Shown here in pieces: positions 1-9,761 of a stretch of 64,000 nt of DNA. The stretch is from assembly GCA_965248695.1 (NCBI GenBank), contig CBDFKD010000002.1, forward strand, positions 5,184,001-5,248,000, in the 5' to 3' direction. The notes under the pieces were generated by a model. The model had not been told where the DNA came from, ran no database searches, and saw nothing but the letters and a program-made list of their open reading frames with translations. A program made the translations under genes and the position numbers. Position 1 is the first letter of the stretch; every line of letters begins with the position of its first letter. This DNA comes from Acidobacteriota bacterium. Its GTDB lineage: Bacteria > Acidobacteriota > UBA890 > WLXD01.

Positions 1-1266
1 GCCCTGACCGGTGATTCGATCATCAGTCGACCGTTGTCGGCCTACGTCGAGCCCGAATTCACGGCGATGGTCGAAGCCATACGCGCCGCTGACCTGGCGT
101 TTACCAACCTGGAGATCGCGCTCCAGACGGTCGACAAGCTGACGCCGATGGTTTCGGATCGGGAAAGCTACATGTTCGCCGACCCGATCATCGCCCAGGA
201 GCTCGCATGGGCCGGCTTCGATGCTGTCAGCCGGGCAAACAACCATGCGCTCGACTACGGCTGGGACGGAATGCGCGCTACCAGCCGTGCTTTGGACGCC
301 GCCGGGGTGGCGCACGCCGGGGTGGGGGAGAACCTCGCACTCGCCGACGAGGCCACCTACGTGCAGACGGCGAACGGCCGTGTGGCGTTGATCTCGACCG
401 CGTCGAGCTTCGATACCTTCCATCCGGCGCGGCCCCAGCGCCCCGATATTCGAGCCACCCCGGGACTCAACCCGATCCGCTACCAGCGCACGACCACGCT
501 GCCAGCGGACGAGTTCGCGGCCCTCAAGCAGATTGTACGTAGCCTCGGTCAGGGGGTTGACGAGGCGAGCGCAGAGCTTGTTTTCGCCGGGGAGACGTTC
601 GCCCTCGGCGACGAAGCCGGTGTGAGAACCACCGCCGACCCGACTGATCTTCAACGTATCCTCTCGAGCGTAGATGCCGCTCGGCGCCAGTCCGACTGGG
701 TGGTCGTCGCTACCCACACGCACGAGAGCGCCGGACGGCGGGAGCTACCGGCTGATTTTCTGGTGCAGTACGCGCGCGCCGCGATCGACGCTGGGGCGGA
801 CGTGTTCGTGGGCACCGGACCGCATGTGCTGCGCGGCATCGAGATCTACAAGGGGCGCCCTATCTTCTACAGCCTGGGCAACTTCTTCTTCGAGAACGAG
901 ACGGTGCGATACCGCCCGTCGGCTGAGTATCGCGATGTGGATCTGCCGGCTGACAGCCGCACGGTCGACTACTACGACTACCGTCAGCAGACTCAGGCGG
1001 GATATTTCACCCTCGACGCCTGGTTCTGGGAATCGGTCGTGGCGATGCCGAGATTCGAAGCCGGTGCGTTGAAGGAGATCCGCCTCCTACCAGTGACGCT
1101 GGGTTACGACACGCCCCGTTCGCGTCGCGGCCGACCGATGCTCGCCGGGCCCGAGCTGGCTCGGAAGATCATCGATGATCTGGCGCGGCTGTCCGCGCCT
1201 TACGGCACCGCGGTTCGATTCGAGGATGCTGTAGGTGTGATCACGCCGCCCGTGACCGGGTGGTGA
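1..1266 (+). CDS. CapA-family (poly-gamma-glutamate synthesis/metallophosphoesterase-like) protein, 5' end off window
   Basis: Motifs TGD, FTNLE, SRANNHALDYG, HTHE, GTGPHVLRGIEIY, FYSLGNF; frame is open from base 1. Confidence 0.85.
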   Translation, partial: ALTGDSIISRPLSAYVEPEFTAMVEAIRAADLAFTNLEIALQTVDKLTPMVSDRESYMFADPIIAQELAWAGFDAVSRANNHALDYGWDGMRATSRALDAAGVAHAGVGENLALADEATYVQTANGRVALISTASSFDTFHPARPQRPDIRATPGLNPIRYQRTTTLPADEFAALKQIVRSLGQGVDEASAELVFAGETFALGDEAGVRTTADPTDLQRILSSVDAARRQSDWVVVATHTHESAGRRELPADFLVQYARAAIDAGADVFVGTGPHVLRGIEIYKGRPIFYSLGNFFFENETVRYRPSAEYRDVDLPADSRTVDYYDYRQQTQAGYFTLDAWFWESVVAMPRFEAGALKEIRLLPVTLGYDTPRSRRGRPMLAGPELARKIIDDLARLSAPYGTAVRFEDAVGVITPPVTGW

Positions 1267-2255
1267 TGCGCCGGGGCCTCATCCGAGCTCTACCTTGGCT
1301 CGCCGTCGGCATCCTGGTTTGCGCCGCCTGTACGGAACCGGAGACAGTAACGGGCGATCGACGGCTGCAGATCGCCGTCATTCCGAAGGGCTCCACGCAT
1401 CAGTTCTGGAAGAGCATTCACGCCGGCGCCATCAAGGGCGGATTCGAGGCCGACGTGGACGTGCTCTGGCAGGGCCCGGTGCGCGAGGATGACCGCCAAA
1501 TGCAGATCCAGGTGGTGCAGAACTTCATCAGCCGCGCGGTCGACGCCGTTGTTCTGGCGCCGCTCGATTCCCGTAGCCTGGTGGGACCGGTCGAAGCGGC
1601 GGTCGGCCGCGACATCCCGGTGGTCATCATCGACTCGGGATTGGATTCGACCGCCCAGTCAGCGTTCATCGCCACCAACAACTACGAGGGTGGACGCCTT
1701 TGCGGCCTGCGGTTGGCCGAGGTGCTCGGCGGTAGCGGCAAGGTGTTGCTGTTGCGCTTCATGGAGGGTCACGCGAGCACCACGGCTCGGGAAGAGGGCT
1801 TCCTCGACGCCATTGGCGAGTTCCCCGAGATCGAGGTCGTCAGCGACAACCAGCGCGCCGGCGCGACGCTTGAAACGGCCCTGCAGGCCTCGCAGAATCT
1901 GCTCAACAGATTTCCGGAAGTCGACGGGGTCTTCGCCGCCAACGAGACCTCCACACAGGGCATGTTGCGCGCCCTGCAGACTTCTGGCCGGGCCGGGATC
2001 ACGCGTCTCGTCGGCTTCGACGCCAACGCGACGTTGATCGCCGCGCTCGAGGCCGGAACCATCCAAGGGCTGGCGGTGCAGGATCCGTTCGCGATGGGAT
2101 ACCTCGGTGTCAAGACCGCCGCCGCCGCCGCTCGCGGCAACGAGCACGAGGTGTACGTCGAAACCCGCTTGATGATGATTACCGCCGACAACATGGCCGA
2201 GCCGGCAGCGCGCGAGCTGTTGTCGCCGGATCTGGAAACCTGGCTCGACGAGTGA
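1266..2255 (+). CDS. Sugar ABC transporter substrate-binding lipoprotein (RbsB-like)
   Basis: Lipobox-like signal (VCAAC), IAVIPKG..H.FW, IPVVIIDSG, LVGFD, VQDPFAMGY. Confidence 0.9.
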   Translation: MRRGLIRALPWLAVGILVCAACTEPETVTGDRRLQIAVIPKGSTHQFWKSIHAGAIKGGFEADVDVLWQGPVREDDRQMQIQVVQNFISRAVDAVVLAPLDSRSLVGPVEAAVGRDIPVVIIDSGLDSTAQSAFIATNNYEGGRLCGLRLAEVLGGSGKVLLLRFMEGHASTTAREEGFLDAIGEFPEIEVVSDNQRAGATLETALQASQNLLNRFPEVDGVFAANETSTQGMLRALQTSGRAGITRLVGFDANATLIAALEAGTIQGLAVQDPFAMGYLGVKTAAAAARGNEHEVYVETRLMMITADNMAEPAARELLSPDLETWLDE

Positions 2256-2294
2256 TCCGGGACACGGGCCGCGAGTCAGCGTCTCGGCCTCACA

Positions 2295-3836
2295 GTGCCT
2301 GAGCCCCTTCTGGAGGTTGACGGCATCGAGAAGGCCTTCGGGCCCGTGCGCGCCTTGCGGGGCGTCTCCGTGCGCCTGGAGCGGGGACAGGTCCTCGGGC
2401 TGATTGGCGAGAACGGCGCCGGTAAGAGCACGCTGATGAATGTCCTTACCGGCGTAGCTCAACCGGACCGAGGCAGCATGCGTCTGGCCGGGGAACGCTA
2501 CGCGCCCACGTCGCCGTTGGAAGGGATGCGGGCGGGTATCGCCGCGATCCATCAGGAGCTGAGCCTGGCGCCCCACCTGAGCGTCGAGGCGAACATCACC
2601 CTTGGGCGGGAGCTGTCCCAGATCGGGATGCTGCGCTCGCAGCGAGCCCGCGTACGCGAGGTCCTGGCGTTGCTCCAGCACGGAGACATCGACCCGGGCG
2701 TCTCAGTAGGTGAGCTCAGCCTGGCTCGACAGCAGATCGTCGAGATCGCCCGCGCCCTGTTCGCCGACGCCCGCATCGTGGTCATGGACGAGCCCACGAG
2801 CGCGCTTTCGTCGGCCGATACCGACACCTTGTTTCAGGTGGTGGACCGACTCCGGCGACGCGGCGTCGCGTGCATTTTCGTGAGGCACTTCCTGGAGGAG
2901 GTGCGCCGTATCTGTGATCGGTTCACGATGCTGCGCGACGGGCAGACGGTCGCCAGCGGCGCGCTCGAGCAGACCACAGACGACGAGCTCATTTGCCATA
3001 TGGTGGGTCGGGAGGTCGGCGAGCTCTACCCGCAATCGCAACGCCGGCTCGGGGAGGTGCTTCTGCGGGTCAGCGATCTATCAGGCTGCGATGGGAAGCC
3101 TTCTGGGGCGGACATTACGATCCGCCGCGGCGAGATTCTGGGCCTCGCCGGGCTCGTCGGTGCCGGGCGAAGCGAAACGTTGCGCTCGCTGTTCGGCCTG
3201 CATCGAGCAGTGACCGGACATCTCGTGGTCAACGGCGGATCCGGGCTGCAAGTTCGCGAGCTGACGCCGGCGCATGCCCTGGATCAGGGCGTCGATCTAC
3301 TCAGCGAGGATCGGCAACTCGAGGGGCTGGCGCTGGGGATGTCGATCTCCGCCAACGTCACGCTCTCGGCACTAGGGCGGTATCGCAAATGGGGACTATT
3401 GGATCGGCGCCGCGAAGATGACGGCGCCGCTGGCTGGGCGCGACGGCTCGGAATCAAGATGCACGACACGGCTTCGCCAGCGGCAACGTTGTCGGGCGGC
3501 AATCAACAGCGAGTGTGTCTCGCGCGCCTCCTGCATCGCGACGCGGATGTGTTGTTGATGGACGAGCCGACCAGAGGCATCGACATCGGCACCAAAGCCC
3601 GTATCTACCGCCTGATGCACGAGCTCGCCGACTCCGGGAAGGGACTCCTGATGACCAGCTCCTACTTGCCCGAGCTGTTCGGAGTCTGTGACACGCTGGC
3701 GGTCGTTCACCGGGGAGCGATCTCGGCCCCGCGACCTGTCGGCGGATGGACAATGGAAGAGGTGATGCGTCTCGCTACCTCTGGCGCACCAGACGCTGGC
3801 CTACAGGTGCGTACCGCAGGATCGGAGCCGGCTTGA
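2295..3836 (+). CDS. Sugar ABC transporter ATP-binding protein (RbsA-like, two NBDs)
   Basis: Walker A GENGAGKST, MDEPT twice, LSGGNQQ. Confidence 0.93.
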   Translation: MPEPLLEVDGIEKAFGPVRALRGVSVRLERGQVLGLIGENGAGKSTLMNVLTGVAQPDRGSMRLAGERYAPTSPLEGMRAGIAAIHQELSLAPHLSVEANITLGRELSQIGMLRSQRARVREVLALLQHGDIDPGVSVGELSLARQQIVEIARALFADARIVVMDEPTSALSSADTDTLFQVVDRLRRRGVACIFVRHFLEEVRRICDRFTMLRDGQTVASGALEQTTDDELICHMVGREVGELYPQSQRRLGEVLLRVSDLSGCDGKPSGADITIRRGEILGLAGLVGAGRSETLRSLFGLHRAVTGHLVVNGGSGLQVRELTPAHALDQGVDLLSEDRQLEGLALGMSISANVTLSALGRYRKWGLLDRRREDDGAAGWARRLGIKMHDTASPAATLSGGNQQRVCLARLLHRDADVLLMDEPTRGIDIGTKARIYRLMHELADSGKGLLMTSSYLPELFGVCDTLAVVHRGAISAPRPVGGWTMEEVMRLATSGAPDAGLQVRTAGSEPA

Positions 3837-4804
3837 TGGAGACTCCGAAGGTCCGCATCGCAGCACTCGGTCCCTTCATAGGTCTTGCGGCCGTGGTGAT
3901 CTTCTTCGCGGCGATAACCCCGCCGGCGTTCCAGTCGCTGTACAACCTCAAGACGATCCTTACGCAGAGCGTCATCGTCGGCATCGCCGCTCTGGGCATG
4001 ACATTCGTCATCGTCTCCAGGGGCATCGACCTGAGCGTAGGCTCGCAGATCGCGCTGGGGACTGTCGTCACCGGGCTGGTGGTGAATTCGGCCGGGCAGG
4101 GATTCGTCGGCCCCCTGCTTGGTGCCGCTGCCGGAGTGGCGGCGTGCGTTGCGGTGGGCGCCCTGAGCGGCGTCCTCATCACGCGGTTCAACGTCATTCC
4201 GTTCATCGTCACGCTCGGGATGATGCAGATCGCGCGCGGCGTCGCCAAATGGCTTGCCCGCGAAGGGACGCTGGCGATCCCGGACAACTGGCTCAACGAT
4301 CTGATGCTGGTCGATCCACGCCCGACGTGGTTGATGTTCGCGCCCGGCGTGTGGATCGCGGTGGCGCTCCTGGCTGCTTCGACGGTCATCCTGATGCACA
4401 CTGCGTTCGGGCGTTATGTGTTCGCCATCGGCTCCAGCGAGCGCACCGCCCGGCTATGCGGCGTGCGGGTCGAACGGATGAAAGTCGGAATCTACGCGCT
4501 GAGCGGCTTCTTCACCGGCGTTGCGGCGGTGATGCAGTGTGCCTACCTCACGGTGGGTGACCCGACATCCGCGGCCGGCTTGGAGCTCGACATCATCGCC
4601 GCAGTCGTGATCGGCGGCGGATCGCTAGGGGGTGGCGAGGGCAGCGCTGTGGGCTCGGTCGCCGGGGCATTGATCATGGCGGTCCTGCGCAACGGCAGCA
4701 ACATGCTCGGAGTGCCGCACTACGTGCAGGAGATCATGATCGGCGCGTTCATGCTCGCCCAAAGCAACGGACATGCAAATGTCACGCAAACCTATTTTTT
4801 GTAG
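3836..4804 (+). pseudogene. Sugar ABC permease (RbsC-like) interrupted at its 3' end by the prophage; last ~18 codons are phage-derived
   Basis: GIDLSVGS, PFIVTLG and ELDIIAAVVIGG motifs; homology breaks after QEIMIGA at 4747; native tail found at 55865-55960. Confidence 0.85.
4735..4747 (+). repeat. attL core (CATGATCGGCGCG; 7-bp overlap CGGCGCG)
   Basis: Matches 55858-55870 with one mismatch; joining the two sites restores the permease reading frame. Confidence 0.9.
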
Positions 4805-4877
4805 CAACTTACAGGCGACCCTCTTGTGGGGCTAATTCTGTTCTTTCCGGTCTATTTCGGGGTGTTTCCCGGGTTTC

Positions 4878-4896
4878 CTGGTACAAAAGTGGTATC
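4878..4896 (+). promoter_or_regulatory. Putative integrase arm-type site (left)
   Basis: CTGGTACAAAAGTGGTATC matches 55782-55800 at 17/19 positions. Confidence 0.6.
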
Positions 4897-4987
4897 GGGG
4901 TGCCGGCGCTCGCGCAGCACAGGAGGGTAGCGTGCGGGGCGAGGCGATGTGGCGGCTCGAAGAACTGCTGAGGCTCGGGAGAGCGGC

Positions 4988-5992
4988 ATGAGGCACTTCC
5001 GGCTGATCTGTGCCGACGTGCTGGAGGGCCTCGCCCGGTTACCCGACGAATCGGTCCACTGCGTGATAACGAGTCCGCCGTATTGGAGGCTGCGCGACTA
5101 CGGTACCGACGGCCAGCTCGGGCTGGAGGCCACGCCCGAAGAGTACGTGGAGACCATGACGGGCGTGTTCCGCGAGGTGCGCCGTGTGCTGCGCTCTGAC
5201 GGCACGCTGTGGCTGAACATGGGCGACTGCTACGCGAGCGGCGGGTACGGGGCACGAGATCCCGAGAGGTGGCCGGAGCAGAGCCGAAACAACCATATGC
5301 GGCACGCCAGGGCACCAAGCGGCGGCCTCAAGCCCAAGGATCTCGTCGGCATACCTTGGCGGGTCGCCTTAGCGCTACAGGCGGATGGCTGGTGGCTGCG
5401 AAGCGACATCATCTGGGCCAAGTCGCCACCGATGCCGGAATCGGTCAAGGACCGCCCCACGAAAGCGCACGAGTACGTCTTCCTGCTGTCGAAGTCCGCT
5501 CGCTACTGCTACGACGCAGATGCGGTTCGAACGCCCTATCGCCCTGCGACGCGGAGCGATTTGGTTGATGGCAGGTGGCGAAAATCCAACATCTCTGGGT
5601 GGGCAAATTCGCCGAACTTTCACGGGGCCAATCCGACTAGTAGGCCGCAGCGCCCTTGTCACCGCGGCGGCAAAGTCAAGCAAGGTGCGAACCTGCGCTC
5701 GGTCTGGACCATCTCGAATAGCGGCAAAGATGCGTTTCCCGAAGCGCACTTCGCAACCTTCCCGACCAAGCTCGTGGAGCCGTGTGTGCTGGCCGGCTGC
5801 CCCGAAGGCGGTGTCGTGCTTGACCCCTTCTGCGGCTCAGGCACCACGGGCGTCGTCGCACTCCGCGCAGACCGGCGCTTCGTGGGTATCGAGCTCAATG
5901 AGCAGTACGTGGAGATGGCGCGCCGCAGGATCGGAGATGACGCGCCGCTGCTGAACCGCGAGGACCCGATGCTCCTGGATCTAGCGGCATGA
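4988..5992 (+). CDS. DNA N4-cytosine/N6-adenine methyltransferase (beta class)
   Basis: Catalytic ITSPPYW motif precedes SAM-binding VLDPFCGSGTTG; HFATFP. Confidence 0.92.
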   Translation: MRHFRLICADVLEGLARLPDESVHCVITSPPYWRLRDYGTDGQLGLEATPEEYVETMTGVFREVRRVLRSDGTLWLNMGDCYASGGYGARDPERWPEQSRNNHMRHARAPSGGLKPKDLVGIPWRVALALQADGWWLRSDIIWAKSPPMPESVKDRPTKAHEYVFLLSKSARYCYDADAVRTPYRPATRSDLVDGRWRKSNISGWANSPNFHGANPTSRPQRPCHRGGKVKQGANLRSVWTISNSGKDAFPEAHFATFPTKLVEPCVLAGCPEGGVVLDPFCGSGTTGVVALRADRRFVGIELNEQYVEMARRRIGDDAPLLNREDPMLLDLAA

Positions 5993-6312
5993 TCAGCTTC
6001 GAGTCCCCCGCGATCCCCGACGTTGAAGGCGTGGACATCGCCCCGGAGCGCGCACTTGCCGCTGCGGTGATCCGTCGGGCGATTGTCGACCTGGGCATGG
6101 TGGCAACGTGGCGTGATCGAACCGAGCGGCCCGCTTGCACGTGCAAGAGGCTACGGGAGATCGGCCCCGAATCAGACCTGGTTGCGTGGTTGTCGCACCC
6201 GGAGGAGTTGCGCCCCTGCTCGCTGGGCTGGTGGTGTCAGTACATCGGTGCTGACCCGGTGGCGCTCACCGAACAACTGCGTCATCGAGGGCTCTTGGAG
6301 GCAGCGGCATGA
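5989..6312 (+). CDS. Phage hypothetical protein
   Basis: ATGA-coupled to neighbouring genes on both sides. Confidence 0.6.
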   Translation: MISFESPAIPDVEGVDIAPERALAAAVIRRAIVDLGMVATWRDRTERPACTCKRLREIGPESDLVAWLSHPEELRPCSLGWWCQYIGADPVALTEQLRHRGLLEAAA

Positions 6313-7556
6313 CTCCAACGCCCCGCCGGATCGAGGATCTGCAGCCGGCGCCCTACAACCCGCGCACTATCGATGCCCCCTCGCTGGAGGCGCTGAAGGC
6401 ATCGCTGGGTACCTTCGGCGACCTCTCAGGTATCACCTTCAACGAGCGCACCGGGCACCTCGTTACGGGCCACCAGCGCGTGCGTGTGCTACGCGAACAG
6501 CACGGCGAGTCAGCGCGCATCCGTCACGCCGGCAAGGAAGCGTACCTACACGTGGGCTCCGAGCGGTTCCGGTTGCGCGTCGTGAACTGGGACGAGGAGA
6601 CGGAGCGCGCCGCGAACATCGCCGCCAACTCGCCCCTGCTCGCAGGCATCTTCACGGACGATCTACCCGACCTGGTGGCGCTGGCCCAAGAGGAGTTGCC
6701 GGAGCTGACCGATGCGCTCCGATTCGATGATCTGCTGGAAACGCTCGACATGGGACCGGAGCCCATCGAACTGCAAGATGACGAGGTGCCAGAGCCACCA
6801 GCCAACCCGGTGACCAAGCCCGGGGACGTATGGACACTGGGGGATCACCGGCTTATCTGTGGCGACGCGCAGGATCCTGGTGTCGTCGCCGCGCTGCTCG
6901 GCGATCATGTCCCGTTGCTCATGATCACCGATCCGCCCTACGGCGTGGAGTACGAGCCGGAATGGCGCGAACGTGATTTGGGAGAAAAACATGCGGGCCG
7001 GCGGTCCGGGATTGTACGCAACGACGATTGCGCCGACTGGCGAGAGGCGTTCACCCACTTTACCGGCGATGTCGCCTACGTATGGCACGCATCCTTGTTC
7101 GGTGCGGTCGTGCTCGAAGGGTTAGCGGCGGCGCGGTTGGGGCCTCGTGCCCAGATCATATGGGCCAAGCCGCAGGGCGTGATCTCACGTGGTCACTATC
7201 AATGGGCTCATGAGCCGGCCTGGTACGCGGTGCGCCGCGGCCGGAGCGCGCGCTGGAGCGGAGACCGGTGCCAAAGCACGCTCTGGCGCATCTCCAACCA
7301 GCTACGAGCCTCCGAAGGCAAGACGGACCACTCGACGCAAAAGCCGCTTGAGTGCATGGGCCGTCCGATGCGCAACCACGGCAAGGTCGGCGATGGGGTC
7401 TATGACCCGTTCGTGGGCTCGGGTACCACGCTCATCGCCGCCGAGCAGCTGGAGCGCCGCTGTTTCGCCATCGAGATCGACCCCGGCTACTGCGACGTAA
7501 CCGTCGAGCGCTGGGAAAACCTGACCGGCTCCAAGGCCAACCGGTGCACCCCGTGA
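6309..7556 (+). CDS. ParB-like N-terminal domain fused to DNA methyltransferase
   Basis: PAPYNPR and GHQRV (ParB-N); TDPPY, HSTQKP, YDPFVGSGTT. Confidence 0.9.
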   Translation: MTPTPRRIEDLQPAPYNPRTIDAPSLEALKASLGTFGDLSGITFNERTGHLVTGHQRVRVLREQHGESARIRHAGKEAYLHVGSERFRLRVVNWDEETERAANIAANSPLLAGIFTDDLPDLVALAQEELPELTDALRFDDLLETLDMGPEPIELQDDEVPEPPANPVTKPGDVWTLGDHRLICGDAQDPGVVAALLGDHVPLLMITDPPYGVEYEPEWRERDLGEKHAGRRSGIVRNDDCADWREAFTHFTGDVAYVWHASLFGAVVLEGLAAARLGPRAQIIWAKPQGVISRGHYQWAHEPAWYAVRRGRSARWSGDRCQSTLWRISNQLRASEGKTDHSTQKPLECMGRPMRNHGKVGDGVYDPFVGSGTTLIAAEQLERRCFAIEIDPGYCDVTVERWENLTGSKANRCTP

Positions 7557-7575
7557 TCATCCCAGGCACACACCC

Positions 7576-8133
7576 ATGAACAACCGCTGCACGGCGATTA
7601 CCACGAGCACCGGAAAACGCTGCAAACGCAAGGCGTTACCCGGATCGGATCGGTGTGCCATCCCCTCGCATGCCGAAGATGTTGTCCAGGAATGTCCAGG
7701 AGCCAACGTGCGCGCGCGCGCGAGGGATTGGGAATCGGTCTACTTCAAAGCGTTAGAGCGTGGACACACCAAGGAGTCTGCTGCCGGTGTCGCTGGCGTC
7801 AGCGCGGCAACGCCCTACAAGCGCGTGCAGCGGGGAGACACGGCGTTCGCCGAGCAGGAGGACATTCACTACAACCGGGGCTTGGGGATGCTCATGGAGG
7901 TGGCGCGGCGACGCATCCTGGATCCCAAGCGCCCTGGAGATCTCGTGCTCAAGCATCTGCTATCGGTTCGTGGCGTCAGCGAGCGCGTGCAAGTGACGGG
8001 TGCCGACGATGGCCCGGTCATCACCAGGATCGAGCGGGTCATCGTGTATCCCGAGAATCGGAATGACGATGCAGACGCTGACCCTAAGGCTGATGCAGCC
8101 GCCGGCCCCGAGGCTCAGGACGATGCGGCATGA
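7576..8133 (+). CDS. Probable terminase small subunit
   Basis: Directly upstream of terL; HTH-like segment; C-terminal QVTGADDGPV motif typical of TerS. Confidence 0.7.
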   Translation: MNNRCTAITTSTGKRCKRKALPGSDRCAIPSHAEDVVQECPGANVRARARDWESVYFKALERGHTKESAAGVAGVSAATPYKRVQRGDTAFAEQEDIHYNRGLGMLMEVARRRILDPKRPGDLVLKHLLSVRGVSERVQVTGADDGPVITRIERVIVYPENRNDDADADPKADAAAGPEAQDDAA

Positions 8134-9355
8134 CGGGCAGCATGAAGGCACGCTTCAGATCGACACGCCGCACGGGTTTGAGCCGCTGCTCAAGGAGCGC
8201 GCACGGTACCGGGGTGCGTACGGTGGGCGAGGATCAGGCAAGTCATGGTTTTTCGCCTCGCTGCTGGTGCAACGATGCCTAGAGGATCCCAACACCCGAG
8301 CCCTGTGCGTGCGCGAGGTGCAACGGTCGCTGGATCAGTCCGTGAAGCGGCTGCTAGAGGACACCATCGGAAGGCTCGGGGTGTCAGAGCACTTCCGCAT
8401 CCTCAACACGCATATCGAGACCGGCGCCAACGGCCGGATCATCTTTCACGGGATGCAGAACCATACGGCCGAGTCGATCAAGTCGCTGGAGGGGTATGGG
8501 ATCGCGTGGGTGGAGGAGGCGCAGTCGCTATCAGCCAAGTCGCTAGAGCTGTTGCGCCCGACGGTGCGCGCCACCGGCTCGGAGCTGTGGTTTTCGTGGA
8601 ACCCCAACAGTCCCACCGACCCGGTGGATGCGCTGCTCCGCGGCACCAATGCACCGCCCGGCGCGGTGGTGGTGGAGGCCAACTACGCGGACAACCCCTG
8701 GTTCCCAGACGTGTTGGCCCAGGAGATGCAGTGGGACCGGGCGCGCGACCCGGACAAGTACGCCCACGTCTGGCTGGGGGAGTACGTGGGCCGGTCAGAA
8801 GCGCGAGTGTTCGACAACTGGAGCGTCGAGCAGTTCGCCGATCCGCCCGAAGGCACAGCGTTGTACTTCGGAGCCGACTGGGGTTTCTCAGTCGACCCGA
8901 CGGTGCTGGTGCGCTGCTGGATCGATGGGCGGAAGTTGTACGTGGATCGGGAGGCGTACCAAGTGGGCTGCGAGATCGACCGCACGGCGGAGCTATTCGA
9001 CTCCATCGACAACGGCCAGGCACGCGCCTGGCCGATCATCGCCGATTCCGCTCGTCCGGAGACGATCGCGTATCTGCAGCGACACGGGTACCCGCGCATC
9101 GCCAAAGCGCGCAAGGGGCCGGGAAGCGTGGAAGAAGGTATCGAGTTTCTGCGCAGCTACGACATCGTCGTGCATCCCCGCTGCCACCACATGATCCAGG
9201 AGTTGACGTTGTACAGCTACAAGACGGATCGGCGCACGGGACAAGTGATCCCGGTGCTACAGGACACCCACAACCACGTCATCGACGCGCTGCGCTACGC
9301 GGTGGAGCGGGTGCGGAGAGTCGCGGTGAGGCAGCGACAGGTGGCCTGGGGGTGA
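8123..9355 (+). CDS. terL: Terminase large subunit, PBSX family (start approximate)
   Basis: YGGRGSGKS, AWVEEAQ, FSWNP, GADWGFSVDP, NHVIDALRYA. Confidence 0.95.
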   Translation: MRHDGQHEGTLQIDTPHGFEPLLKERARYRGAYGGRGSGKSWFFASLLVQRCLEDPNTRALCVREVQRSLDQSVKRLLEDTIGRLGVSEHFRILNTHIETGANGRIIFHGMQNHTAESIKSLEGYGIAWVEEAQSLSAKSLELLRPTVRATGSELWFSWNPNSPTDPVDALLRGTNAPPGAVVVEANYADNPWFPDVLAQEMQWDRARDPDKYAHVWLGEYVGRSEARVFDNWSVEQFADPPEGTALYFGADWGFSVDPTVLVRCWIDGRKLYVDREAYQVGCEIDRTAELFDSIDNGQARAWPIIADSARPETIAYLQRHGYPRIAKARKGPGSVEEGIEFLRSYDIVVHPRCHHMIQELTLYSYKTDRRTGQVIPVLQDTHNHVIDALRYAVERVRRVAVRQRQVAWG

Positions 9356-9706
9356 GGAGACGTGAGGAGACGCGCGCGCAGCAGCGAACCGATCTGCATT
9401 CGGTCGTTTCGTTGGTGCGCACGCCACCCCGAACCGGGGCGGCTCCCCGGAGCGATTTCATACAAGCACTCCAACGACCCTTGCATACCTTCCGAAGGGC
9501 AGCGTGGAGCCAACGTGCGGGTGGGACCGTGCAGGGCCACGACTGTCGCAGTAGGGACCGGGGGCGGATTGTTGTCTTCGACCCGAAGCCAGCCATACGG
9601 GGGCGTCCGCAAAAGCCACCTCCCCCACTAAGGACCAGGGGGAGTTGTCGGGTGTGCAAGTAGTAGTTAGAGGAACATATATCAGTAGATCTCGTCCGCT
9701 AGGTCC

Positions 9707-9718
9707 GGGGGGGGGGGG
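9707..9718 (+). repeat. G12 homopolymer tract upstream of the portal gene
   Basis: Twelve consecutive G, about 45 nt before the portal start codon. Confidence 0.9.
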
Positions 9719-9761
9719 AAAGGCCCCCGGTATGCGCGAGAGCTGAAAAAGGGGTGGGACG

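Noticed and set aside
1659-2681. Long antisense ORFs over host and phage genes (also 8245-9663, 53188-54507, 62570-63700)
   Set aside because: They overlap well-supported genes, show no motifs, and are expected at high GC.
2874-2900. FVRH in place of the usual ISH H-loop context in the ABC ATPase as a sign of decay
   Set aside because: A single substitution with the His retained; cannot be judged without an alignment.
4988-7556. Restriction-modification system
   Set aside because: No cognate endonuclease recognised; orphan methyltransferases next to terminase are common in phages.
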